A stretch of 45,391 nt of DNA, taken from contig NC_069004.1 in the NCBI RefSeq assembly GCF_001194135.2, positions 25,727,968 through 25,773,358 on the forward strand, given 5' to 3'. Shown here piece after piece: positions 1-10,846 of the stretch (position 1 is the stretch's first letter; every line of letters starts with the position of its first letter). A model generated the notes under the pieces. It saw only the letters and a program-made list of their open reading frames with translations, did no database searches and was not told the DNA's origin. Position numbers and translations under genes: made by a program. Source of the stretch: Octopus bimaculoides. Taxonomy: Eukaryota.

Positions 1-20
1 TATATATATATATATATATT

Positions 21-306
21 CTTTTACATGCTTCAGCCAATAGACTGCGGCAAAAGTTTTCGTTGAATGAATCGACACTAGTACTTATCTTTTCTTAGAA
101 GTCTGATACTTATTCTATCGATCTCTTTTGCCGAACGACTAGGTAACGTGGATGTAAATACACCAACACTTGTTATCAAGCGGTGGTGGGGAACAAAGAC
201 ATAAGACACACACATAAATATATATACATGTGCATTTGTGTGTGCGTGTGTATAGGCGCAGGCTTGGCTGTGTGGTAAGAAGCTTGCTTCCTAACCACAT
301 GGTTCT
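21..306. mobile_element. SINE family A fragments: 3' part on minus (21-215) plus a tRNA-like head on plus (254-306)
   Basis: Reverse complement of 21-215 matches the family A tail seen at 18075-18264 and 38385-38557. aggcgcaggcttggctgtgtggtaagaagcttgcttcctaaccacatggttc is the family head. Confidence 0.75.
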
Positions 307-307
307 A

Positions 308-2290
308 ATATGGATAGTACTAGGATTATATTATATACGTATTAGAAGACACGACATATTATTAAAAAGGTACAACACTACAGTCAGCAGAAAATAATGA
401 GAAACCTAAAAACAATGTTAAACCTATACAGAGTAGGAATACGACAAGGAATCCGATAAGGAATACGACAAGTAATACGACTATATGACTAACTTCAAAA
501 GTAAATCGAGTCAATTCAACAGTATTCCTAAGATACACAAAAGTGAAAAAATAAGTAACGCATGCAGGGGAGCCACAGACACAATAGTCAAGATATCTAC
601 TCCTAATGATCTCAAATTAAGGTCCATAATAGCAGGCCCACGTATGTGAAACTCTCCGCCTCTGTAACTCTTTAGACACACTCTTAAAACCATTCCTCAA
701 GCATATCACAAGCTCCATAAAAGATTACCTAAATATGCTGAATCACCTCCCTGAAACAATAAATAAAGAACACCCTGCTAGTATCCTTCGATGTAGTCAA
801 CCTATATTCTAATATCCCCCACAGCCTAGGAATAGAGGCAATTCAATTCTGGCTAGAAAATTACTCCAATGAACTCCTACACTGCATCAACAAAGAATTC
901 GTAATAGATGGACTAAAAATCATCTTGGAGAATAACTTCTTCGTATTTAATGACAACTTCTATCGACGGATATTGGGGACTGCGATAGGCACCTAATCAT
1001 GGGGTACCTAGAAATCAATCTTTATCGTAAGGTACTAAAAAAAATAAGGAAACCCATTCTCCTTGTACATAGAAAATAACTGGAAAAGATATCTAGACGA
1101 CTGTTTCATTCTTTAGCACGAAAGTTTAGAGAGACTTAAAGAATTTCAAGCACTTCTGAATGGACTTGACATAAACATTCAATTTACGATGGAATAGAAC
1201 CATCAACAAATTTCATTCTTCGACATTCTCATTAAGAAGTCCAACAGCAAAATAGAAACAGATATATACTATAAGCCCACGGACTCCAAGCAATATCTGC
1301 CATTCAACTCTTGCCACACCCAGACACATCAGAATGAATATTCCTTACAACTTGGCAAAAAGGACTTGTACTATAGCATCTGATACAAGCACCAGGGACA
1401 CACGACTACATGAGCTAAAGGATACACTCATCAGCAGGAACTACCCACCATCACTAATTAATATAGTCTTACAACGTGTCCTACATTTAACATCCACGAA
1501 CTCAAACACTCAAGACTAAAGAAGGATTTACAACCAAAAGCCCTACCATACATATCCACGCACAATCCTCTAAACAATAAGGCCTTCGACACCATCCTCC
1601 AAAATATCCCTTTACTAAAAAGGGACCACAGAATGGATCAAATCCTCCAAACGCACAGCATCATAAAGAGCAAAAGACAACCCAAGTCAAGGAAAAGTCT
1701 TCTAAAACTGACCCAAGTACACTCGCCAACAACATCGAAACCGATAGTAAATAAAGACGTAACTGTGGTATATGTGTCAAGCTAATTGAAAGATCTGAAT
1801 TCTCCCTCAAACAGGGTCAACGTTTTACAGTGAAAAACAACTTTACATGTGCTTCAGAAAACCTAATATATATATATATATATATANNNNNNNNNNNNNN
1901 NNNNNNNNNNNNNNNNNNNNNNNNNNNNNNNNNNNNNNNNNNNNNNNNNNNNNNNNNNNNNNNNAACTTACTGACGATGTCGAGAACAATATCTCGGTCA
2001 AACTAAAAACTGTCTCGGCCAGAGGATGACAGTACATAGATCCCAGATTCAAATACGAGAATACAGAAAAATAAGATTAAGCGAACACATCGATATTTGC
2101 GTCACTGATGAACAATCCAACTTTTTCCCCTCTATAAATTCACGGAAAAATCCAATCTGTAATCAGCGCATTAGCAAAGAAGCATATTTTATCGCAAAAT
2201 ATAAACCTATTTTGAATGCCGCCACAACCACAGATGAAACTACTACAACAATTTAGAACAATTCCAACCACTACTGCTACGACCACAACT
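308..2290 (+). mobile_element. Penelope-like retroelement, degenerate RT + GIY-YIG endonuclease (pseudogenised)
   Basis: Manual translation across frameshifts gives IPKIHKS (PKIHK at 527-541), LRSIIAGP, SFDVVNLYSNIPHSLGIEAIQFWL, WKRYLDDCFIL (YLDD 1090-1101), DIYYKPTDSKQYLPFNSCH, NIPYNLAKRTCTI, then CGICVKLI..FTCASENLIY and GQTKNCLGQRMTVHRSQI. This is the PLE RT then GIY-YIG domain order. Several stops and frameshifts. Confidence 0.9.
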
Positions 2291-2299
2291 AAGAAAATT

Positions 2300-3135
2300 C
2301 ATAGTGAAAGTGTTAAGCATCATGCTGTAACGCTGGAAGATTAACTGGCTATGATAAAAAGCCATGAAAAAGGTGAAAAGGTGTTAGTAATTTGCACAGT
2401 CTTTTGGGATAAGTCGGACAGCTATATCGACAATTGTACATTATAATAACAAGATTATAGCACATATCAAATCTGAAGCCCCAGGGATGAAGAACACCGT
2501 CATCAATAAGAAAAGAGACAAAATCTTGGAAGAAATAGAAAGTTTCTTTTCTCTTTAGATTGTTAGGTTGAATCGTCAGCGTGCTACTATTAGTCAAGAA
2601 ATCATTCAAGAGAAAGCGTTGTCCTTGTTTGAGGACCTGAAGAAAATATATCTAGATGAGAAAGATGTAGAGTTCAAGGCAAGTTAAGGATGGTTCATGA
2701 GATTTAAAGAGCGAAGAAGTTATCACTCCATTAAGAAGCAAGGTGAAAGTGCATCAGCTGACGAACAAACTGCATCGGAATTTCTTAATGCATTAAAGAA
2801 AATCGTCGAAGGAAATGGGTTTCTTCCCGAACAGATTTTTAACGTAGACGAAACTGGATTGTATTGGAAAAAATTGCCAGATCGTTCATTCATTTCCAAG
2901 GAGGACAAAGCTATTCCTGGCTACAAGATCTCAAAAGAAAATGCGACCATTCTATTGGGAGGTAATTGTGCAGGAGATTTAAAGTTAAAGCCATTACTTG
3001 TGTATCATGCACACAACCCCACGTGCCCTGAAGGACATACCCAAGCATCTTTCCGTTATATAGATGGCTAATTCGAAAGCATGGATTACTGTTGTTGTTT
3101 TTTGAAGATAAGTTCTTCAATCATTTTATCCCCTC
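2300..3135 (+). mobile_element. Tigger/pogo DNA transposon relic (CENP-B-type HTH + DDE_1 transposase), truncated
   Basis: Translation: QEIIQEKALSLFEDLKK..EFKAS*GWFMRFKERR..QGESASAD..PEQIFNVDETGLYWKKLPDRSFISK..GGNCAGDLKLKPLLVYHAHNP, frameshift, NSKAWITVVVFEDKFFNHFIP. First catalytic D at 2847-2849. In-frame stops and frameshifts; no TIR seen. Confidence 0.9.
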
Positions 3136-3211
3136 TCCCAAAATTACTGCCATTGTGGCAAAATTTGAAACCAATATTATTATTATTATTATTATTGTTG
3201 TTGTTGTTGAC

Positions 3212-3420
3212 GAGCTAGCAGAATCATTAGCACGCCGGACACAATGCTTAGCGGCATTTCGTCCGTCTTCGTGTTCCCAGTTCAAATTCCGCCGAGGTCG
3301 ACTTTTGCCTTTCATCTTTTTGGGGTTGATAAAATAAAGAACCAGTGAAGTACTGGGGTCGATGTAATCGCTTTGCCCTCTTCCCCAAACTTTCAGGTTT
3401 TCTTTAGTAGAAAGAATGTT
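3212..3420 (+). mobile_element. SINE family B (gagctggcagaatcgttagcacgccg...gagttcaaattccgccgaggtcgactttgcctttcatcc...)
   Basis: B-box-like GAGTTCAAATTCC. Near-identical copies at 9065-9265(-), 14778-14990(+), 17520-17680(+), 21030-21230(+), 23030-23130(-), 33420-33880(+), 34405-34620(+), 37290-37655(-), 39075-39262(-), 40750-41175(+), 42310-42502(-), 43910-44125(+). Confidence 0.85.
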
Positions 3421-4151
3421 TATTGTTGTTGCTATTGTCGTTTAGTCATTTAGTCAAACTAGATGAAGCAGGGCTATGATCAAAGACATTCCAGCCATGA
3501 CCACGCCGTCGGTTGAGCGATATATCTAGGACTATATTATGATATTATGTGTCCTTTACTTAAGACGGTCAGGTATGATTTNNNNNNNNNNNNNNNNNNN
3601 NNNNNNNNNNNNNNNNNNNNNNNNNNNNNNNNNNNNNNNNNNNNNNNNNNNNNNNNNNNNNNNNNNNNNNNNNNNNNNNNNNNNNNNNNNNNNNNNNNNN
3701 NNNNNNNNNNNNNNNNNNNNNNNNNNNNNNNNNNNNNNNNNNNNNNNNNNNNNNNNNNNNNNNNNNNNNNNNNNNNNNNNNNNNNNNNNNNNNNNNNNNN
3801 NNNNNNNNNNNNNNNNNNNNNNNNNNNNNNNNNNNNNNNNNNNNNNNNNNNNNNNNNNNNNNNNNNNNNNNNNNNNNNNNNNNNNNNNNNNNNNNNNNNN
3901 NNNNNNNNNNNNNNNNNNNNNNNNNNNNNNNNNNNNNNNNNNNNNNNNNNNNNNNNNNNNNNNNNNNNNNNNNNNNNNNNNNNNNNNNNNNNNNNNNNNN
4001 NNNNNNNNNNNNNNNNNNNNNNNNNNNNNNNNNNNNNNNNNNNNNNNNNNNNNNNNNNNNNNNNNNNNNNNNNNNNNNNNNNNNNNNNNNNNNNNNNNNN
4101 NNNNNNNNNNNNNNNNNNNNNNNNNNNNNNNNNNNNNNNNNNNNNNNNNNN

Positions 4152-4257
4152 ACTACTACTACTACTACTACCACTACTACTACCACTACCACTACTACTA
4201 CTACTACCACTACTACTACTACTACCACTACTACTACCACTACCACTACTACTACTA

Positions 4258-4294
<37 letters not shown>

Positions 4295-4323
4295 CACTAC
4301 TACTACTACTACTACCACCCTCT

Positions 4324-4362
<39 letters not shown>
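4152..4362. repeat. (CTA/CCA)n trinucleotide microsatellite next to a gap
   Basis: Directly visible; source of the poly-Y/L/V ORFs in the track. Confidence 0.95.
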
Positions 4363-4363
<1 letters not shown>

Positions 4364-4595
4364 CGACACCGCCCAGCTCATATAAGTTATTTGTACAGTA
4401 AGTATTTATATTTCAATGTTTTCTTTTATTATTATTTTCGAGTGAATACCATTACAAAACTTTTTTGGTATATTTAAAAAATTAAATTGAAAATGACTTT
4501 AATAATGCGGTAAATATTTCGTGAAAAGACCGGTTTGTAAACTCAGTGTCAAATAGCTTTTTCCATAGGTTTTTCCGAGTGCATTCAACGTATGT

Positions 4596-4698
4596 GGCTG
4601 CTATTTCTAGCACACCCTGCTACCATGTAACAGCTATTTGCGATAAAGGACCCGAAATACCTGTTACGTTGTAGCAGGTCGTGCAACAAATAGCAGCC
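4596..4698. repeat. Imperfect inverted repeat, 44-bp arms with a short loop, built from repeat family F
   Basis: Left arm ggctgctatttctagcacaccctgctaccatgtaacagctattt versus reverse complement of right arm ggctgctatttgttgcacgacctgctacaacgtaacaggtattt: 37/44 identical. The gacctgctagaaatagcagcc motif recurs near 7950, 8895 and 16835. Confidence 0.8.
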
Positions 4699-5049
4699 AA
4701 ATCTTTCCTTTTCTGAGGAAAGGAACCGTTTACACGTGATTTCGATGTCACATTCGTCGAAAGCATGCGAAATAACCTGGAACAGAAAAAAAAACCCACG
4801 AAACAAAGTTCCGTTGCTGGGAAATTCAGTTTCCCTGTGATACAACGGTTCATGGGTCATCTTGTATATATAACACTTAATGTATACACAATGTCGATAG
4901 GCCAGTTACTACGATATATCTCCTGAGACGGTATTTCTCATGGGTGTACAATGTTAAATACACAATAAATATTAGAGGTAGACGAAAATTCGTCCTAGTA
5001 GCAGCCAACGAGAACGCCAGGTATATTGAGGACTTTTTAAGCCTCAATA

Positions 5050-5325
5050 TGGCGCGTGGACTAGTGGTTAAGCTGTTGCTCTCACGGGCGCTAGATCGTG
5101 GGTTCGATTCCCTGACTGGGCAGCACGTTGTGTTCTTTGAGCAAAACACTTCATTTCACGTTGCTGCAGTCTCCCTTTCGATCAGGGAGATTGATGGCCT
5201 GCTGACCATTAGGTGGCCTGCTGATCAGCGGGATGGTATCATTTCAATGCTAAAACAATGCAAAAACGCATTGTGACCAGCGATGTGTAACAACAACCGA
5301 TAGCTTGGTCGGTCACATGATCACG
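5050..5325 (+). mobile_element. tRNA-derived CORE-type SINE (family D/G variant)
   Basis: A box TGGACTAGTGG, B box GGTTCGATTCC, then ttgtgttctttgagcaaaacacttcatttcacgttgc (CORE-like), ending gtcacatgatcacgt. Confidence 0.8.
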
Positions 5326-5380
5326 TCACAATGGTGCGTACTCGAAGTCAGCCACGCGCTCTGGTAAGAATTCGCCATCA
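5326..5380 (-). CDS. Candidate terminal coding exon (DGEFLPERVADFEYAPL*) of an unidentified minus-strand gene
   Basis: Acceptor ttcaccttttcgtattttag on minus; 1+54 nt to TGA at 5326-5328; coding-like codon usage. No homologue recognised. Confidence 0.35.
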
Positions 5381-5565
5381 CTAAAATACGAAAAGGTGAA
5401 TAAAATGTTCACTGGTGTTGCGAATAGCTGTCCTGCTGAATAAAAATCCAGTATACGCATTTGAGGCAGTATCAATGTAAAATAGTCATCTATATATCAT
5501 ACTTCATCTATGTCAACTGCCGATAGGATAGATACATCGGATGACAACAGTTTGTTTACATTAAC

Positions 5566-5653
5566 CCTCTGCTTGGCCACAGCATTTCCATAAGTTTGTC
5601 TTGAACATCCATGCTTGTTTTCAGACTTCCATTTAACTCTTGTTTTATATGCT
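5566..5653 (-). CDS. Candidate internal exon (88 nt; alternative donor would extend it to 5503, 151 nt)
   Basis: Acceptor gttttacttcattcag. Frame A: HIKQELNGSLKTSMDVQDKLMEMLWPSR(G), weak donor AGG|gttaat. Frame B: AYKTRVKWKSENKHGCSRQTYGNAVAKQR, extendable to ...SAVDIDE|gtatga. Confidence 0.35.
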
Positions 5654-5921
5654 CTGAATGAAGTAAAACTTTCAGTTATATTAGGGGGGAAATGGTTGAA
5701 AAAAATTGGGCTTATATATCAGATGGGATACACATACGCCAGGGAAATATGTCTTGTGTAATGTATATGATACACAAAGACAGCAAAGAGTTCAGTTAAA
5801 AATGAATACCTGCTTACTAAGTATGATAGCCAACAACTACATTTATCATTCATACAGAAGGCATATTTATTGTTGTGCTTTATCTTATATAAACTGAGTC
5901 AAAATTCCGACGTTATCTTAC

Positions 5922-5945
5922 CTTTCCTTTTTATCCTTGCAGGCG
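5922..5945 (-). CDS. Candidate 24-nt frame-preserving micro-exon (PARIKRK or ACKDKKE)
   Basis: ctctactttctgacaccag|CGCCTGCAAGGATAAAAAGGAAAG|gtaaga: good acceptor and strong donor. Caveat: the same bases also read as a plus-strand branch point and polypyrimidine tract. Confidence 0.35.
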
Positions 5946-6288
5946 CTGGTGTCAGAAAGTAGAGTCGACAGGATTAATTTTAAATATCGGAAAGGATTGT
6001 GGGGAATTATACTTTAAATACAACACCTCGCCACCAACCACCCAACATCATACCACCCATCAAAGGAGTAGCATAAACAAACATGAGTCAGCGTGTATAC
6101 AACATAAATAGTAAATAATAAGCAAACAAAACATTTTCACTTTTAGGTGATAAAATACTTAGAAATATTATCTTAGCAATGGCGACGACAGAAAAGAAAA
6201 TACCATTAAAGAAACGTGTACATACACAGACAGACATACATACACACGCACACACAGAGACAAGCACACACACACACACACAGACAAG

Positions 6289-6342
<54 letters not shown>

Positions 6343-6666
6343 TACATATATATACACGCATAGGCATATATACAATACGAACACAAAAGCACACACGCAT
6401 ACGCACACGAACACGTATGTGCACACGATAAATCTCACATACAGTAGTTCCGGGAGGGGTTATACGTGGCAATAGTGGATTGGCCAACAAACACGTAATA
6501 TATAAAGCAAATGTTCATAGATCGGTGATATTAAAGTGAACTTCAGTAAAATAAAAAAATTTGTCATTGGTAAAAAACGTAGTTTAGCCATTACTTTATT
6601 TTATATCACAATTGCTGAACAAATGACGTCGTTAAATTATAAGTTTGCATCGTAAAAATCACTGAC

Positions 6667-6728
6667 TCATTGCATTTCTGACAGTGAGAATGCCAAAGGA
6701 GTGTCTCTAACTCGGTGCAGAACAAATA
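6667..6728 (-). CDS. Candidate internal exon (62 nt)
   Basis: Acceptor ctgtgttctttgcag, donor TGA|gtcagt. Frame B YLFCTELETLLWHSHCQKCN is open; frame A ICSAPS*RHSFGILTVRNAM has TAG at 6707-6709. Confidence 0.25.
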
Positions 6729-6867
6729 CTGCAAAGAACACAGTTTTAGATGTTGTTGTTGATGTTGTTGTTTTTTGTTTCTTTTAATCGCTATTGTTTA
6801 CGTCTCGCCCATGCACATCAATATACATTTCTAAATAAATATAAATATGTATTTGCGTGCATGTACT

Positions 6868-6913
<46 letters not shown>

Positions 6914-7075
6914 CAATATATACATGCATACTTACATATACACAGCTAGATAAATACACATGTAGATAGACAGACAGACACAACAGACAGACAGAGACAG
7001 AGATAGACAGAGTGAAAGAGACATACATACACACACACATACACACGCATATATATATATATATATATATATATA

Positions 7076-7340
7076 GTCAATTTAAACATGAACAAGCAAG
7101 AAAAAACACGAAGAAACACGAAAAGACAACGCGAGGACGTGGACTAAGTACAGTGTTATTGGACGCTCAGGAAAGGAAAGAAAAGAAAGAGGATTTAACG
7201 TTTCGATCGGAGATCTTCGTCAGAAATATAGTAAAAGTCCAAAGAAGGAAAGACAGAAAAAGAAAATCGCCAACGATGCACACGCGGTCGCGTATTGGAA
7301 TGACCGGAAGGGAAAGGGTGGAGTAAAAGTTCTTTTCAAA
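7076..7340 (-). mobile_element. Penelope-like element 3' (pseudo-LTR) fragment carrying a hammerhead motif
   Basis: Contains ctgacgaagatctccgatcgaaacgtt followed by tttcctgagcgtccaataacac, similar to the element at 39795-40030; its 3' end abuts (TA)n. Confidence 0.6.
7193..7227 (-). ncRNA. Minimal type-I hammerhead ribozyme motif
   Basis: AUUU-CUGACGA-A-GAUC(UCC)GAUC-GAA-ACGU-U-AAAU: 4-bp stem I, 4-bp stem II, intact core, palindromic ACGU stem III, GUU cleavage triplet. Confidence 0.7.
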
Positions 7341-7354
7341 GACAGGAGAGTGCA

Positions 7355-7465
7355 AGAGAAGGAGGTATATGTGTGTGTGTGTGTGTGTGTGCAATGGTAG
7401 CATGTGTGTGTGTGTGTGTAATGGCAGCATGTGTGTGTGTGTATGTATGTATGTATGTATGTATG

Positions 7466-7499
<34 letters not shown>

Positions 7500-7700
7500 T
7501 GTATGTATGTATGTATGTATGTATGTGTGGGTGGGTGTGTATGTACATATCGATAGGTAGCTGGCTAGCTAGCTGGCTGGTTGGTTGGATAGATGGATAG
7601 ATAGATGGATGGATGGATGGATGGATGGATGGATGGACAGACAAACAAACAGACAGGCAGGTAGCTAGATAGAGAGGTGGGCAGATGGGGAGGTAAACAA
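7355..7700. repeat. Compound microsatellite (TG)n/(TATG)n/(GATG)n/(GACA)n
   Basis: Directly visible. Similar compound blocks at 6215-6420, 6870-7075, 12060-12312, 12760-13270, 13545-13720, 13975-14062, 25965-26340 and elsewhere. Confidence 0.95.
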
Positions 7701-7914
7701 ACTGGCAGACATACAGAAATGCAAGAAGTAACTCCAGAAAGCCAACATTCTGGAGATGAAGAACTGGGCATTACTGATTGGTGCATTTCGTCTTTTTGTC
7801 TATCAAGGACTTGATGGATATTCGACTGCTATTTCCAACAAACTGACTGGCCACATATGGACGACATTCTTTAATTAATGTTCCGCGCTTTCTGTCTACG
7901 TATTAGATATGAGT

Positions 7915-8095
7915 ACTAATGTGGGAAGCTTCTCTGCACGCTCGGTCGCTTGACCCGCTAGAAATAGATCATAACTCCCTGCTGCCTTAAATTAGAAGTT
8001 GAAACATTGGATAACATCACCCTACATACCCCTAAAAAGACGATATTGTTAGAACTAGAGAGCTTTTGATTGTAAGTCTACTTAATTCGAGATTC
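7915..8095 (+). repeat. Interspersed repeat family F (ctcggtcgcttgacctgctagaaatagcagccaaatc...), unclassified
   Basis: Same motif at 8880-8930, 16820-16865 and in both arms of the 4596-4698 hairpin. Confidence 0.55.
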
Positions 8096-9477
8096 CAAGG
8101 GGATTGCTAGGTGTTTTATTATTCTTGTATCTCCTGAGACCTAAGGATCTTCCAGGCCAGACCCTGGAAAGTCTTGTTTAGTTTACAAGACTGTCCTCTC
8201 CAGAGAAGACCTAAGCAAGGTCAAGGTTGTATATTGTCATCTAGACGCCCTCTTTCCCCAACCCCACCCTTGCTCACATTATTAATCCTGGTAAGTATTG
8301 TCCACTGAAACGTCATTACTTTGACAGCCTGAGCAAGATCAAGGTTGTAAGTTGTGGTCAGTTTGCTTGTTGTCCCCATTATTAATCCTGATCAGCGTTG
8401 TCCACTTAGCTTCCATTCATTTGCTTGCCGTCATGTTGTCTTGTTGTTCAGTTAAAATGGCGCCTAGCTAATTTGTAACTAAGTTGACTGTCGCCATAAT
8501 TTGTCGCTGGGTTAGTTGAGTGGTTGCTAATAGACCAACACAGATTATATGTGAATAGTTGACAACTGCTGTAGGCAACACTGAACTACTTTTAAGACAG
8601 AAAGGAAAGATATACTGTGCGGTGATGTAGTATGTATGGAGTTGTACGATGTAGTGTGGCGAGGGTATATTAAGGTCCATTGTAGTGGGGGAGCGATGTG
8701 GTATGTTGTAGAATGGAGCTGTATGTAACGACAAATAAACATTACTGATTAAAGAAAATCGTTCTCTTTTAGTCAAGATTAAGCTTGTTAGAAAGAGAAT
8801 TAGAAGATATTTGCTTCTAAATGCCAAATCTAATTTATAAACATTATTTATCAAACTGGTTGACAAATAAGAGAGATTTCTAAGCGGTCGCTTGACCTGC
8901 TAAAAATAGTACCCAAATCTTCCTCCGAGACATATCTTTATTTTCTTTTTTATTTCTGCTTATCCTGGGACTCAAAAGGCGTGTTTTCCATAGCGTCTAA
9001 GTGACCGGGATTACATCAATCTCCCTGGACGGGACTCTAGTTTGTTGTAGGTTTCATGACCAGTAATTTTGGGGGGAGGGGCCAAGTCGATAACATCGAT
9101 CCCAGTGTTAAACTGCTACTTTATTTCATCAACCCTACCCAAAAACAATGATAAAAAAAGGCAAAGCTGTCCCCAGCAGGATTTGAACTCAGAACGTAAA
9201 AGAAGGAAGAAATGTTGAGTAAGCATTTTGTTCGACCTGTTAACGATTCGGCGAGCCCGCCGCTTTCAGGCATACCATAAAAGGTAAAGGATAAAGACCC
9301 TCTTCCGTCGTGAATAACCATGAGATTGAACCTAGAAAGTTCCCCTCCGAGGTACAAGTCCGGGCAAGATTGTTTATGGAAGACCAGCCGTCGCCCGCCC
9401 ATACATATCAGCCTCATCCTCCACGCCACTGATATTATCCGTGGGAAAGCCCTTCAAGGTGGTGTCCCAGCATGGTT

Positions 9478-9575
9478 GCAGATGACTATGCTATAGTAAC
9501 CGGTGACGTACAGAACCTGTTGCTTAAAATTCATGAATTTTGTATGGCTTTGGGATTACAGTAAGTTTAAATAAA
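9478..9575 (+). mobile_element. Short LINE reverse-transcriptase fragment (RTE-like)
   Basis: ADDYAIVTGDVQNLLLKIHEFCMA, 1-nt shift, GITVSLNK resembles the non-LTR RT ADD motif and the following GLTIS..KT motif. Confidence 0.5.
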
Positions 9576-9668
9576 TTTTATGTTTTGATCAGCTTCCAAC
9601 CCGTTTTATGAACCAGGGTTTTTTTTCTTTTCAAAGCACAAAATTGAATGCTGCTGCTGCTAATAATG

Positions 9669-9751
<83 letters not shown>

Positions 9752-10697
9752 TGCGCGGGGATTAATCAAACATAACATACTAAGAAGATTATATATGCAC
9801 ATACGCGTTGGAAAAGGAATATAAATGTACACACACACACATACATACATACATACATACATACATACATACATACATAAATATATGTATATATATGTAT
9901 ATATATATATATATATANNNNNNNNNNNNNNNNNNNNNNNNNNNNNNNNNNNNNNNNNNNNNNNNNNNNNNNNNNNNNNNNNNNNNNNNNNNNNNNNNNN
10001 NNNNNNNNNNNNNNNNNNNNNNNNNNNNNNNNNNNNNNNNNNNNNNNNNNNNNNNNNNNNNNNNNNNNNNNNNNNNNNNNNNNNNNNNNNNNNNNNNNNN
10101 NNNNNNNNNNNNNNNNNNNNNNNNNNNNNNNNNNNNNNNNNNNNNNNNNNNNNNNNNNNNNNNNNNNNNNNNNNNNNNNNNNNNNNNNNNNNNNNNNNNN
10201 NNNNNNNNNNNNNNNNNNNNNNNNNNNNNNNNNNNNNNNNNNNNNNNNNNNNNNNNNNNNNNNNNNNNNNNNNNNNNNNNNNNNNNNNNNNNNNNNNNNN
10301 NNNNNNNNNNNNNNNNNNNNNNNNNNNNNNNNNNNNNNNNNNNNNNNNNNNNNNNNNNNNNNNNNNNNNNNNNNNNNNNNNNNNNNNNNNNNNNNNNNNN
10401 NNNNNNNNNNNNNNNNNNNNNNNNNNNNNNNNNNNNNNNNNNNNNNNNNNNNNNNNNNNNNNNNNNNNNNNNNNNNNNNNNNNNNNNNNNNNNNNNNNNN
10501 NNNNNNNNNNNNNNNNNNNNNNNNNNNNNNNNNNNNNNNNNNNNNNNNNNNNNNNNNNNNNNNNNNNNNNNNNNNNNNNNNNNNNNNNNNNNNNNNNNNN
10601 NNNNNNNNNNNNNNNNNNNNNNNNNNNNNNNNNNNNNNNNNNNNNNNNNNNNNNNNNNNNNNNNNNNNNNNNNNNNNNNNNNNNNNNNNNNNNNNNN

Positions 10698-10738
<41 letters not shown>

Positions 10739-10809
10739 CATACATACATACATATATCTATGTGTGTGTGTGTGTGTGTATGTGTGTGCGTATGTGTGTG
10801 TGTGTGTGT

Positions 10810-10846
<37 letters not shown>

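Noticed and set aside
2697-3071. 124-aa ORF as a domesticated TIGD-like gene
   Set aside because: Stops and frameshifts on both sides within the transposase frame indicate a dead element.
5050-5125. tRNA-like sequences with A and B boxes here and at 14403, 33100, 37682, 40122 and 43240-43313
   Set aside because: They continue directly into SINE bodies and lack a proper acceptor stem; these are SINE heads, not tRNA genes.
9478-9566. Plus-strand exon ending at the strong donor ACA|gtaagt
   Set aside because: No acceptor upstream, and the translation fits a LINE RT fragment better.
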